Below are positions 16,741 to 25,831 of a stretch of DNA of 32,000 bases, piece after piece. The translations under genes were made by a program, and so were the position numbers. This stretch comes from Sulfolobus acidocaldarius DSM 639 (GTDB lineage Archaea; Thermoproteota; Thermoprotei_A; Sulfolobales; Sulfolobaceae): contig NC_007181.1 in assembly GCF_000012285.1 (NCBI RefSeq), positions 1,500,001 through 1,532,000 on the forward strand, in the 5' to 3' direction. Numbering within the stretch: position 1 is the first letter of the stretch; every line of letters starts with the position of its first letter. The notes beneath the pieces are model-generated. The model had not been told where the DNA came from. It saw only the letters and a program-made list of their open reading frames with translations, and did no database searches.

Positions 16741-17885
16741 TTCTTCTCACCTAAAACTAACGTTACTGAGTGTCTTCTACTCCACCATCCAATACCATTT
16801 AGGAAGGCGGTATTAACATCCTTTACTTGTCTTCCCTTAGCCATCCCATTCAATTGGAGAAGAGCCTCTTCCAGTATAACTCCTCCACTCATGTATGCAG
16901 GCTGTCCAGTGTTAAGAGATCCCCCGCCAGTATTTAAGGGTATATTGCCCTTATATGTGAGGTCATTCGATTCCACAAACTTCCCCACTTTACCCTTTTC
17001 AACTAAGCCTATATCCTCCATTTGAAGCATAACTGTTATAGTAAATGAGTCATATAACTCAAAGACATCGACCCTGTTTAAGTTAAACGACGCCATTTTT
17101 GAGCTCTCAACAGCAGGAGTGTAAATTATGTCTTCCCACTCTGGAGGTGGATTCGACCAATGAGCCTCCCCATATCCTAATATGTCCACATTTCTCAGAC
17201 TAGATTTAGAGGTCTTTTTGCTCACGATGAATGCGTGAAAACCGTCAACAGGATAAACTATTTCTAGTAGGTGAAGTGGATAAGAGACAATTCTGGAGCT
17301 GAGGACATCTTTAACAGTTAAGGGAGTTTTAAACATAGCCTTTTCATTACTCATGGCGTTGTACCTCTGCGACACGGAGACCAATGCCCTTTGCTCATCC
17401 GTGGTTCCAAACAACTTAGAGTGTCTATAAGCAACCATAGCGTAATCTGATATGGGAGACATCTGAGTATACACTTTTATGAATTCGTCGAAGGCAGTGT
17501 CCACGAAGTCTGTCTTTTGTGGAGTCACTAGTCCATCTCTAAACTGTGATATTTTCCCACCCTGAACACAAAGCACAGTATTGGCTTCACCTGATCTGAT
17601 TGCTTTGTAAGCCCTGTAAATCATGGTTAACGCTGAGGGTCCTCCGTACTGTATATTGTCGAGATATCTTGCTCTTATTCCTAAGTATTCGCTCAGTTGA
17701 TCTGAACCACTTATGAAGCTCTTATTTCCAAGGAACCCCCCTCTTCCAAAGGTAGATAGCACTCCGTCTATGTCCTTGTACTCCAGTCCTGCCATATCTA
17801 ACGCTTCATCTACGACTTCTTTAATGAGATCTATTCCATCACCGTCATATCTCTTGTAGAGTTTACCTGAAAAACCTACAATCAT
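16737..17885 (-). CDS. SCP-x / nsLTP-type thiolase-fold protein lacking the canonical catalytic Cys and His
   Basis: 382 aa. The fold is supported by VDVFELYDSFTITVMLQMEDIGLVEKGKVGKFV...PLNTGGGSLNTGQPAYMSGG and ...ALTMIYRAYKAIRSGEANTVLCVQGGK. By spacing to the conserved SG, the nucleophile position is Gly82 (QYGGPSAL, where thiolases have C-x-S-G). The G-H-P histidine position is Gln328 (TGQP). Confidence 0.8.
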   Translation of the reverse strand: MIVGFSGKLYKRYDGDGIDLIKEVVDEALDMAGLEYKDIDGVLSTFGRGGFLGNKSFISGSDQLSEYLGIRARYLDNIQYGGPSALTMIYRAYKAIRSGEANTVLCVQGGKISQFRDGLVTPQKTDFVDTAFDEFIKVYTQMSPISDYAMVAYRHSKLFGTTDEQRALVSVSQRYNAMSNEKAMFKTPLTVKDVLSSRIVSYPLHLLEIVYPVDGFHAFIVSKKTSKSSLRNVDILGYGEAHWSNPPPEWEDIIYTPAVESSKMASFNLNRVDVFELYDSFTITVMLQMEDIGLVEKGKVGKFVESNDLTYKGNIPLNTGGGSLNTGQPAYMSGGVILEEALLQLNGMAKGRQVKDVNTAFLNGIGWWSRRHSVTLVLGEKK

Positions 17886-17918
17886 AAGAATTTCTTATTA
17901 GTTGATTGGTAATAAGAA
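17884..17918. promoter_or_regulatory. Three copies of the half-site ATAAGAA/TTCTTAT around the thiolase-like start codon and promoter (candidate operator)
   Basis: ATAAGAA lies at 17884-17890 (overlapping the start codon), TTCTTAT at 17892-17898, and ATAAGAA at 17912-17918. The outer pair forms a perfect 9-bp inverted repeat, TTCTTATTA (17892-17900) / TAATAAGAA (17910-17918), with a 9-nt spacer. Confidence 0.3.
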
Positions 17919-18163
17919 TTGACGGTAAAGCTTCTGATATGAAAATTTTCGATTAAAGGTGTGTTAATTCATAATGTTATCTTTATGTACGAAGAGTTAA
18001 TATCTCCTAAACTTAGTCTAGGCATAAGAAGTATTCTAAGGTTAGGTCTCTAGATATCATAGAATTTGCTTATCGATAATCCCTTTGAGTAATTACCATA
18101 GAAGCAAGAGATCTTAAGCAAGAAAAACTAAGAAGGAAAAAATTCGATGATACCTTGTCTAAT

Positions 18164-20461
18164 TTACCTTCTTCTCAATATCACTACAGCCGCTATTATT
18201 ATTATCACTACGACTATTACTGCAACTATGGCTGTTAAGGGTAATGATGTTGAAGTAGTTGTTGAACTGGTAGGTGGAGCTGTTGAACTAGTGGCTGGGG
18301 GAACAGTGGTTAGAGGCTTCGTTACGTTAATTGAACCATAGTAGAACAGCTCATTGGCACCATTATTCCAGGTTACTTTACTAACTACTTCGTACACTCC
18401 AGGAGCTAGGTTAGAAGTGTTTATCGATCCTTGATATACTCCAGGAGCTACCATCTTCATGGGCATTGGAGGTGTAGCATTAGTGTAGCTTTTTCCAGGT
18501 ACCTCCAAGTAGTTAAGCCACATGGTTGCAGTGCCATTACTTACTTGGTGTGGGACTAGAGATGATGTTGCGTCGTCCCAGGTGTAGTAAGTAAAGTTAG
18601 CGGTGAATGTGTAGGTTTGACCTTGAGTAACGTTTTGCATAAAGATAGATGGATTTATCCTGAAGTAGTAAGGATTATAAGTAACTGTCACTGTCTTTGC
18701 TTCCTCATTCAAGGAAACGAACCTGTATGGACCAGAAGAAATCTCAGGGGCTAGAGTGCTGTGATAGAGTGTCACAACATTAACTGGTCCTATTGCATGT
18801 AAAGGCATTATGGGGTATTCTGATAATACTAGGTAATCATTAACATAAGAGGAAGAGTTTAGGTAGAATACTATCTGGTACGGGTTAGTTACGTTTGTCC
18901 ATACTAATGCCGTTATAGTTCCGAATAAGTCTCCATTAATGAAGTCTTCCTGAGATAAGTAGGTATAATTCAAGTGGACTCCGTCAAATGTATTAGTACC
19001 CATCATTCCTGGCAGGTCATAGTACCAGACTGTGAAGTTTACATCATACGCAGTAAGAGGATAACCGTCTATCCAGGTGTCGTTATGTACCAAGTTTACC
19101 GTGAGTATAGTCCCATTTACTATCTTATCGCCATTCGGCAGAGTCATATTTACTGGTGACGTTATGGTCCAAGAAGACGCTACCCAAGGCATGAGTTGAG
19201 TCTCGTTAGCGAAGCTAGTAATGGCCAGAGAGTCGTACATATCATCTAGGGTATTAAAGGCATATACACTCACGCTCGCATAAATGTTTATGTGCCTTGG
19301 GAAGCCGCTAGTAATAGAAGAGAATATGAATGTTCCGTTAAGGGCTTGGTTGGTAGGATGGACATCCATTATGTTTATAGCATATGTAGGAGTACCGTAC
19401 TGTAGGTATATATAGTCGGCCCAGCCTGGCAGGTAGACAGCTTGTATCGCGTTGGACCAGACATAAATGACGTAAGGAAGCTGTTGTTGTAGTAGAAGTT
19501 CAGCTTCTTTTGTGTAGGCTATCTCTTGAGCTAGAGTTGGTGCGTTAAGGGCTTTCTGTAATGTAGCGTCAATGGTAGAATTTGAGAACCCTGCCACATT
19601 GGCTGGCGATGTATATATACCGTCCATCCAAGAGTTGGGGAACGGTCCTATGTTTGTCCATCCGAATGTACTCATGTTAAAGTCATTATAAGGTGGAGTT
19701 TGAATTTGATTTTCTAATGCTGCAAAGGTCTCTTGCACAGGTACGATAGTTAGGTTAATAGCAGCTGCTGAAGACTGGAGTAGGTCAGCGAACTTCTTTA
19801 GTGTCTCTGGTGGGTAGGTATAATAGAAGGTAAGTTTTAACGGCTGTCCATTGTAGTACCACTGTCCATTTACATGTGTTATTCCAGGTACTCTCTCGAG
19901 GTACATTATAGCTCTGGTCAAGTTATAGGACTGGTACTGCTCGTAGTATGATTCAACCTGAGAATTAAACCAAGCCTTGTAAACTTGTAGTGATGGGCTT
20001 ACGAAGAAGGGGTAATCCGTGCCTAGCACTCCGTTGTCCAAGACGTAAGAGGTTACGTTCTGTGGGTTTATCAGAGAGGCGATAGCGTACCTGAAGTATA
20101 AGTTAGCTGTTAAGTTATTACCGAAAGCGAATGCTACCTGTGCGAAGCTTTCTGCTGGGGCTATGGCCAAAAACGCAGTGTTATTATAAGGAGCTTTTTC
20201 TAGTTCTTGGATCTCTGACACGTGTGTAAGAGTTATAAAATCGACCTTACCGTCCAGGAGTGCATTGAACTCGTCTGTATGTGTACTATATGCATATGTG
20301 TACACAATAGTTCCTACCCAAGGTTCGTTGTATATTACCTGTGAGGGATTAAGTATAGGGGCGTTGAAGTTTGCAATTGCAAATCCCGAAACTTGGATTG
20401 GTATTGCTATTAAAAATGCTAAAATCAGAGAAAGACCTATAATAAGGAACATTTTTTTCAT
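18164..20461 (-). CDS. ABC transporter solute-binding protein, Opp/Dpp class (family 5-like), with C-terminal membrane anchor
   Basis: 765 aa. It has an N-terminal signal sequence (MKKMFLIIGLSLILAFLIAIPIQVSG). The C-terminus carries the linker TTVPPATSSTAPPTSSTTTSTS, then a TM helix (AIVAVIVVVIIIIAAVVIL), then RRR, which is the architecture described for Sulfolobus Opp-class binding proteins. There are many N-x-S/T sequons, and the gene is paired with DppBCDF-type genes. Confidence 0.75.
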   Translation of the reverse strand: MKKMFLIIGLSLILAFLIAIPIQVSGFAIANFNAPILNPSQVIYNEPWVGTIVYTYAYSTHTDEFNALLDGKVDFITLTHVSEIQELEKAPYNNTAFLAIAPAESFAQVAFAFGNNLTANLYFRYAIASLINPQNVTSYVLDNGVLGTDYPFFVSPSLQVYKAWFNSQVESYYEQYQSYNLTRAIMYLERVPGITHVNGQWYYNGQPLKLTFYYTYPPETLKKFADLLQSSAAAINLTIVPVQETFAALENQIQTPPYNDFNMSTFGWTNIGPFPNSWMDGIYTSPANVAGFSNSTIDATLQKALNAPTLAQEIAYTKEAELLLQQQLPYVIYVWSNAIQAVYLPGWADYIYLQYGTPTYAINIMDVHPTNQALNGTFIFSSITSGFPRHINIYASVSVYAFNTLDDMYDSLAITSFANETQLMPWVASSWTITSPVNMTLPNGDKIVNGTILTVNLVHNDTWIDGYPLTAYDVNFTVWYYDLPGMMGTNTFDGVHLNYTYLSQEDFINGDLFGTITALVWTNVTNPYQIVFYLNSSSYVNDYLVLSEYPIMPLHAIGPVNVVTLYHSTLAPEISSGPYRFVSLNEEAKTVTVTYNPYYFRINPSIFMQNVTQGQTYTFTANFTYYTWDDATSSLVPHQVSNGTATMWLNYLEVPGKSYTNATPPMPMKMVAPGVYQGSINTSNLAPGVYEVVSKVTWNNGANELFYYGSINVTKPLTTVPPATSSTAPPTSSTTTSTSLPLTAIVAVIVVVIIIIAAVVILRRR

Positions 20462-20593
20462 TTCTTAATCACTTGCGTATAATAAGTTTTAATAGTAATC
20501 TATTTAAATCTTTTCATAACGAGAATATTAAACGACGAATATACTTTGATAAAATTGAAAGAAATTATTTAAAACAAGACTCTTCTTTAATTT

Positions 20594-20615
20594 AAAGTCA
20601 TTAAAAAATGACTTT
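20594..20615. repeat. Perfect hairpin-forming inverted repeat (9-bp arms, 4-nt loop)
   Basis: AAAGTCATT (20594-20602), AAAA, AATGACTTT (20607-20615), in the gap between the propeller-like gene and the SBP gene. Its function is unknown. Confidence 0.6.
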
Positions 20616-20777
20616 TGGTACCTCAAGGCTAGAATTAAAATGATAATTAGTTTACATGTAGGAAATTGTTTCTGATTAAAGAATGTGTTTAGGTACATCA
20701 TGTTCTCTAGCAATTGATAATGGCGAAGTTATCTGTCTTCTTTGTCCCACATCTACGTTGTCCGAGAATCTTGAGCC

Positions 20778-21965
20778 TTACGTCATCCTAAGGATCAAAA
20801 TAATCCCATGTCGCTCTTGATTAGTCACTGTGTAGCCTACTCCTACCAAATGGTTCCCCGCTATGGTCACTGAATTAATGCTTGTGTTAGTCGCACTATA
20901 TATCTCTGAAAGGGAGGTGAGTGTCTTCCCCATCAATATAATGCCCTCCTCGGAAGCTGTACCGGTTCCTTCATTTATTGCTGGTACCCTTAGGGAGATT
21001 ACGTATGTATCATCACCGTAACCCACTGCAACAACAATCCCTACGGAGTACTTTAGGTTAATAAAGTCTATATCGCTCCCGTTAACTACGCCCAGCATAG
21101 TTAACGAAACGTTAGGGTTAGAGCTGTAATTGTAACCCCCTATTATCCATCCTTCAGGAGAATAGACTGAAGACAGTATAGATCCAGGATCTTGTGGATA
21201 CTTCTGGAAGGAACTACCGTTAAATAACGTAACACTATAATTAAAAAGATGACTCCCACCAACCAGGAACTGTCCATTATGAGAAGATACAGTATATATT
21301 CCAGAGCCTACACTAAGTGGGCTATAGAAATAGTTAGGTAGCTTTGGAGTAAGGTCTATAGAAGTAAGATTCGGTAAGATCTTTACCAGAAAAGGTACGT
21401 TGTACTGTGCTGTCCCCTCTATAACAAGTGAACTTCCTCCTACTAACCAGTAGCTACCAGTCCATGAAGCTGCATAAGCTTGACCAGGGGTATAGGTGTC
21501 AGGTATTAATTTAGATATGTTAATTGCCTTACCATTTGTGTAAAGCACTACCTCAGGTTGAAGCACTGTTACATTATTTTCTTTTATACTCTGCGCTCCA
21601 GCAAGCAAGAATGAAGACCCGTTATATGCTATTGAGTATATTGTCCCATCTTGCAAGTATTCTCCCAAGTTAAAAAATAAATAAGAGGAGTTCTGGAGGA
21701 AATATTCTCCCGCAATTCCTTCTGATATGTTGTTTGATAGGTTAGCTCCAGCAAACGCGACTACGTTATTACTCACTGCTATTACGTCATTTAGAGTATA
21801 CGTACCTTCTATCACCTTCACCTCTGGAGGGTTAAAGAGTAATGAGGAATTATAATAAAGATAAAACCCTATTACAGCTATAACTACCACGAGCAACGTT
21901 AGGCCTATAAGTATCTTTTTACCGTTGGGCCATTTCTTCTTGCTTTCGTTGAAGGGTCTTAGCAT
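20778..21965 (-). CDS. Membrane-anchored extracellular protein with 6-7 blade-like internal repeats (predicted beta-propeller)
   Basis: 395 aa with an N-terminal TM helix (ILIGLTLLVVVIAVIGFYLYY). After it, a motif recurs about every 50 aa: VIAVSNNVVAFAGAN, IYSIAYNGSSFLLAGAQ, AYAASWTGSYWLVGGSS, IYTVSSHNGQFLVGGSH, ILSSVYSPEGWIIGGYN, IVVAVGYGDDTYV, INSVTIAGNHLVGVGYT. There are many N-x-S/T sequons. Confidence 0.6.
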   Translation of the reverse strand: MLRPFNESKKKWPNGKKILIGLTLLVVVIAVIGFYLYYNSSLLFNPPEVKVIEGTYTLNDVIAVSNNVVAFAGANLSNNISEGIAGEYFLQNSSYLFFNLGEYLQDGTIYSIAYNGSSFLLAGAQSIKENNVTVLQPEVVLYTNGKAINISKLIPDTYTPGQAYAASWTGSYWLVGGSSLVIEGTAQYNVPFLVKILPNLTSIDLTPKLPNYFYSPLSVGSGIYTVSSHNGQFLVGGSHLFNYSVTLFNGSSFQKYPQDPGSILSSVYSPEGWIIGGYNYSSNPNVSLTMLGVVNGSDIDFINLKYSVGIVVAVGYGDDTYVISLRVPAINEGTGTASEEGIILMGKTLTSLSEIYSATNTSINSVTIAGNHLVGVGYTVTNQERHGIILILRMT

Positions 21966-22359
21966 TATATCAGACCTGGAAAAACAGTTGTCAATTGGGT
22001 ATTAATCTTTTATCAATAGACTATATCTTTTAACATAAGTTTTCATAATAGCTATTTTGCGTGTCTTATGAAACTTAGGAAGTCATAGCGTTAAACATTT
22101 GTCAGAAGAAAAGATTTGTAATAATACGTTTTTAATTATTGATACATTAAAAATAATTTATCAAAAATACATATTTTCATAATTCCTTTACATGAACTTT
22201 AACCTAATAGTACGATATATTATGTTTAACCAAGTAGAGCTTGTATGTATAATATTTACATAGATATTATTTCTAATATTGACAGACCATATATGAATAT
22301 AGACATTGCAGTGACAAAGTTTTTAAAAGGCGAGGAGTATTAATGTATCAGGAATTAAG

Positions 22360-23418
22360 ATGAGCTCCTCAACAGCCGTCGACAACAAGGAGGCTAGAAG
22401 AGGATTTCGAATAACAGGCCTGAAGAGGTATATCTTGAAGAGAGTATTTGAAAGGTTGGTGTTATTATTTGGCATCCTCGTCTTCAACTTCTTCATATTC
22501 CAAATTTTACCCACCCTTTACCATATTAACCCTGCTGAACTTTATGTACCCTTAACTTACAAAGGACTCCCAAGAAGTGAGCTTGTGCAAGCGCTTGATA
22601 GACAATTCGGGCTTAATTTACCACTTCAGGAGAGGTTCTTCGTTTACATTGAGTCCCTATTAACGTTCCACCTGGGAATATCCATGCATTATGATAGGTC
22701 AGTATTGACGTTAATAGTGGAAAGGTTTCCCGTAACTGCACTTTTGGTAGTCCCAAGCTTGATTTTAAGTACCATTTTGGCAGTAGTACTAGGCCTTTAC
22801 TCCATATCCAGGCAGGGTAAGATAGGTGATAGTGTGATTAGCTTTACAGCTATAATGACCTATTTCATCCCAGCATTTTGGCTTGGCGAAATACTACTTT
22901 ACATCCTAGGGTTCTACCTAAACATATTTCCAACTAATATAGCACAGGCAATAACCACTAGTAATGGCATGGCACTTCAAGGCTTTACGTACTGGGTTAG
23001 CTTGATGAAGTTCTTAACTCTTCCAATTTTGTTTATAACCATTATAAGCTATGGAGTTAGAAATATCCTGTTTAGAAATAATGGCGTAGAGTTAATGGGT
23101 AGCAACTTTGTTAACTATCTGAGAGCTAGGGGTATAAGCGATAGAAAGATACTTTATAAACACGTCACAAGAAACGCCATTATACCGGTAGTGACTAGGG
23201 TAGGCATCGACTTAGCCTTCTTGTTTGCGGGCGTAGTGTTTATTGAGGACATATTCAATATCCCTGGCCTAGGGAGGCTATTAGTAAACGCAGCGGCAAA
23301 CCTAGATGTGCCTCTACTGGAGGGAGATTTTTACATAATAAGCCTATTTGCTATTATTATCCTACTTGCGTTAGACCTGTTATATCCGCTTATAGATCCT
23401 AGGGTGAAGTACGAATGA
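22360..23418 (+). CDS. ABC transporter permease, DppB/OppB-like
   Basis: 352 aa with 6 TM helices. The N-terminal YILKRVFERLVLLFGILVFNFFIF and the EAA-loop-like NFVNYLRARGISDRKILYKHVTRNAIIPVVT are typical of DppB/OppB. Confidence 0.9.
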   Translation: MSSSTAVDNKEARRGFRITGLKRYILKRVFERLVLLFGILVFNFFIFQILPTLYHINPAELYVPLTYKGLPRSELVQALDRQFGLNLPLQERFFVYIESLLTFHLGISMHYDRSVLTLIVERFPVTALLVVPSLILSTILAVVLGLYSISRQGKIGDSVISFTAIMTYFIPAFWLGEILLYILGFYLNIFPTNIAQAITTSNGMALQGFTYWVSLMKFLTLPILFITIISYGVRNILFRNNGVELMGSNFVNYLRARGISDRKILYKHVTRNAIIPVVTRVGIDLAFLFAGVVFIEDIFNIPGLGRLLVNAAANLDVPLLEGDFYIISLFAIIILLALDLLYPLIDPRVKYE

Positions 23419-24842
23419 ACAAGACAATTAGATATCTGTTTTCTAAAAAGTCCTTCGTGTTCTCAATAATAATCATTGGGTTCTTTGTTATTTTGTCTTT
23501 AGCTGCTCCTGTATTGACACAATATAACAATCCATATTTACCGTCCCAACAACAGATAGCTGCACCTTATGCCGTTCCCTATTGGGCTTCGATATTTCCA
23601 CAATATAAGGACTTACCCCCAAACGTAATGTTTACCTTTAGTAAGTTTAGTTCTTCCAATAGTAATTATGTAACAATGGTTAATTCTTCATATATAAAAG
23701 TATTAGTTCCTCCGAATGAAACAGTGAATGTATCTTTTCCTTTAATTTGGAACTGGAGCCACCCGTATAATATACTTGTCTCATTTAAGCTTTTATCTCC
23801 AAATTCTGAAAATTTCATCATAAACTTATATTTTAACAACATATATGCAATGGAGTTATCCCCACTACCTTTTCCACTTCCGCCAGCTGTCTCGATTACT
23901 CCAGGGAAAGCAAGTTTTATAGTATTTAACTCGCAAGAAATTAATGTAGGTAATTCTCCGTATGTTTCTACTCTTCCTTCGTCCAAGCAGGCTTTGGCTG
24001 CATACGAATTTCCGGCAGATGCATTACCTAAACCTGGAACTTACTATATAGTAGTCTCTTTCAACAATACAGGTAACACGCAGGAGACATTCATAATGTC
24101 TTTGCCTACATATAAATCACAGGGATATAAATATGGTTTACTCGGTACAGATGATAACGGAGCCAGTGTATTCGCTGAATTTGTGTATGGGGGGAGGTTT
24201 GACCTATATCTTTCAGTAGTGGCTTCTGTTTTAATTATAGGGATAGGCCTTGTGATAGGCTTATTAGCCGGATATGTAGGTGGGTTTACAGATCTTTCAC
24301 TTAACGCGTTAACAGATTTCTTCCTCCTAATACCTGGATTACCGTTACTTATAGTTCTTATAAGTATTTTCGATGTAACTGGTACTATAGTCAACATAAG
24401 TAAGCCATTGCTTATACTTCTCATAATATCTCTATTGTCCTGGCCAGGTACGGCAAAAATTATAAGAGGACAGACACTTTCTCTCAAGAACAGAACGTTT
24501 ATTGAGGCTTCAAGGGCTTTAGGTGAGGGAAGGACTAGAATTCTTTTCAAGCATATACTCCCTAACCTGATGGGTATACTCTTTGCCCAGTTAGCTTATG
24601 ACGTACCTGGGGTAATATTAGCCGAATCGGGTCTAGATTTCTTAGGGCTCGGAATTTCAGGTTTCCCTACTTGGGGAAACATGCTTGGTTATGCTACATA
24701 TAACATATCCTTCGTAAATGGCTTCGCCTGGTGGTGGGTATTGCCACCTGGAATTGGTATAGTCCTGCTGAGCATGGCGTTTTATTTCTTCGGCTCAGCC
24801 ATGTTAGACGCATTGAGCCCATACAAGCTCAGGGGTGAGTGA
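23415..24842 (+). CDS. ABC transporter permease, DppC/OppC-like, with a large extracytoplasmic insert after TM1
   Basis: 475 aa, with an ATGA overlap to the upstream permease. LLGTDDNGASVFAEFVYGGR corresponds to the DppC GTD-x-x-GRD region, and ASRALGEGRTRILFKHILPN is the EAA loop. About 200 residues (aa 35-240) lie between TM1 and the GTD motif. Confidence 0.85.
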   Translation: MNKTIRYLFSKKSFVFSIIIIGFFVILSLAAPVLTQYNNPYLPSQQQIAAPYAVPYWASIFPQYKDLPPNVMFTFSKFSSSNSNYVTMVNSSYIKVLVPPNETVNVSFPLIWNWSHPYNILVSFKLLSPNSENFIINLYFNNIYAMELSPLPFPLPPAVSITPGKASFIVFNSQEINVGNSPYVSTLPSSKQALAAYEFPADALPKPGTYYIVVSFNNTGNTQETFIMSLPTYKSQGYKYGLLGTDDNGASVFAEFVYGGRFDLYLSVVASVLIIGIGLVIGLLAGYVGGFTDLSLNALTDFFLLIPGLPLLIVLISIFDVTGTIVNISKPLLILLIISLLSWPGTAKIIRGQTLSLKNRTFIEASRALGEGRTRILFKHILPNLMGILFAQLAYDVPGVILAESGLDFLGLGISGFPTWGNMLGYATYNISFVNGFAWWWVLPPGIGIVLLSMAFYFFGSAMLDALSPYKLRGE

Positions 24843-25831
24843 AGTTGATATTTGAGGAATCAACGGAACCTTTACTCCAAGTGGACTCTCTAAAAACCTA
24901 TTACAAGACAAAAACTGGTAACGTAAAGGCAGTTGACTCAGTTTCGCTCTTTGTTGACAGGGCTAAAATTTTAGGGGTCGCAGGAGAGTCTGGGTGTGGC
25001 AAATCTACTTTAGTTACTACCATATTTAGAGTGCTTCCCAGAAATGCACAAATTGTAGAAGGGGAAGTGAAATTTAAAGGTCAGGAAATTCTGAAAATGG
25101 ACCTGAAGACGTTTAGGAAGAACATAGTATGGAGAGATATAGCATATATTCCGCAAGCTTCCATGGATGTACTTGACCCTGTATACAAGATAAAAGATCA
25201 GATGATAGAGACAATCTTAGCCCATGAGGATGTATCAAAGGCTGAGGCAACTGAGAGGATATATAAGGCATTAGAGAGTGTAGGGGTTCCCCCAGAAAAA
25301 GCAGATATGTTTCCACATGAACTCTCTGGAGGACAGAGGCAGAGGGTGGTAATTGCCATGGCACTACTTCTGAACCCCTCTATGGTTGTCTCAGATGAGG
25401 CTACTACAGCCTTAGACGTTATAACGCAAGCAAAGGTCTTGAAGATAATGAAGGACTTACAGGAGAGCAGAAAGTTTAGTATGATGTTTGTTACTCATGA
25501 CCTAGCTCTATTAGCCAATATAAGTGATAGTATTCTCATTATGTATGCAGGGAAAGTAGTGGAGTTTGGCGATGTCGAGAAGTTATTCAGGAATCCTCTT
25601 CATCCCTATACAAAGGCACTTGTTGATGCAATACCGGACTTAAGGTTGAGAAAAAAGAAGAAACTGGTCTCTATACCAGGCTATCCTCCAGACCTAGAGA
25701 ACCCACCCAAGGGTTGCAGGTTTGCTCCCAGATGTCCAATAGCAATGCCCATATGTAGTCAGAAGGAACCTCCATTGACAAGGATTGAGGGATTTCACTA
25801 TGTTGCTTGTCATGCGGTGACCAAACAATGA
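24839..25831 (+). CDS. ABC transporter ATP-binding protein, DppD/OppD-like
   Basis: Walker A GESGCGKST, signature LSGGQRQRV, Walker B MVVSDEATTALD, and a C-terminal Opp-type Cys motif CRFAPRCPIAMPIC...ACH. The GTG start overlaps the upstream stop (GTGA). Confidence 0.9.
   Translation: MKLIFEESTEPLLQVDSLKTYYKTKTGNVKAVDSVSLFVDRAKILGVAGESGCGKSTLVTTIFRVLPRNAQIVEGEVKFKGQEILKMDLKTFRKNIVWRDIAYIPQASMDVLDPVYKIKDQMIETILAHEDVSKAEATERIYKALESVGVPPEKADMFPHELSGGQRQRVVIAMALLLNPSMVVSDEATTALDVITQAKVLKIMKDLQESRKFSMMFVTHDLALLANISDSILIMYAGKVVEFGDVEKLFRNPLHPYTKALVDAIPDLRLRKKKKLVSIPGYPPDLENPPKGCRFAPRCPIAMPICSQKEPPLTRIEGFHYVACHAVTKQ

Noticed and set aside
18147-18341. 64-aa + ORF rich in Ile/Thr/Val
   Set aside because: It is the mirror image of the Ser/Thr linker and TM anchor codons at the 3' end of the SBP gene, so it is a compositional artefact.
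24044-24550. 168-aa minus-strand ORF, the longest of the antisense ORFs
   Set aside because: It is entirely antisense to the DppC-like permease, whose EAA loop and TM pattern are clear. The antisense translation has no motif and is Pro/Ser/Asn-rich, as expected from complementing hydrophobic codons.
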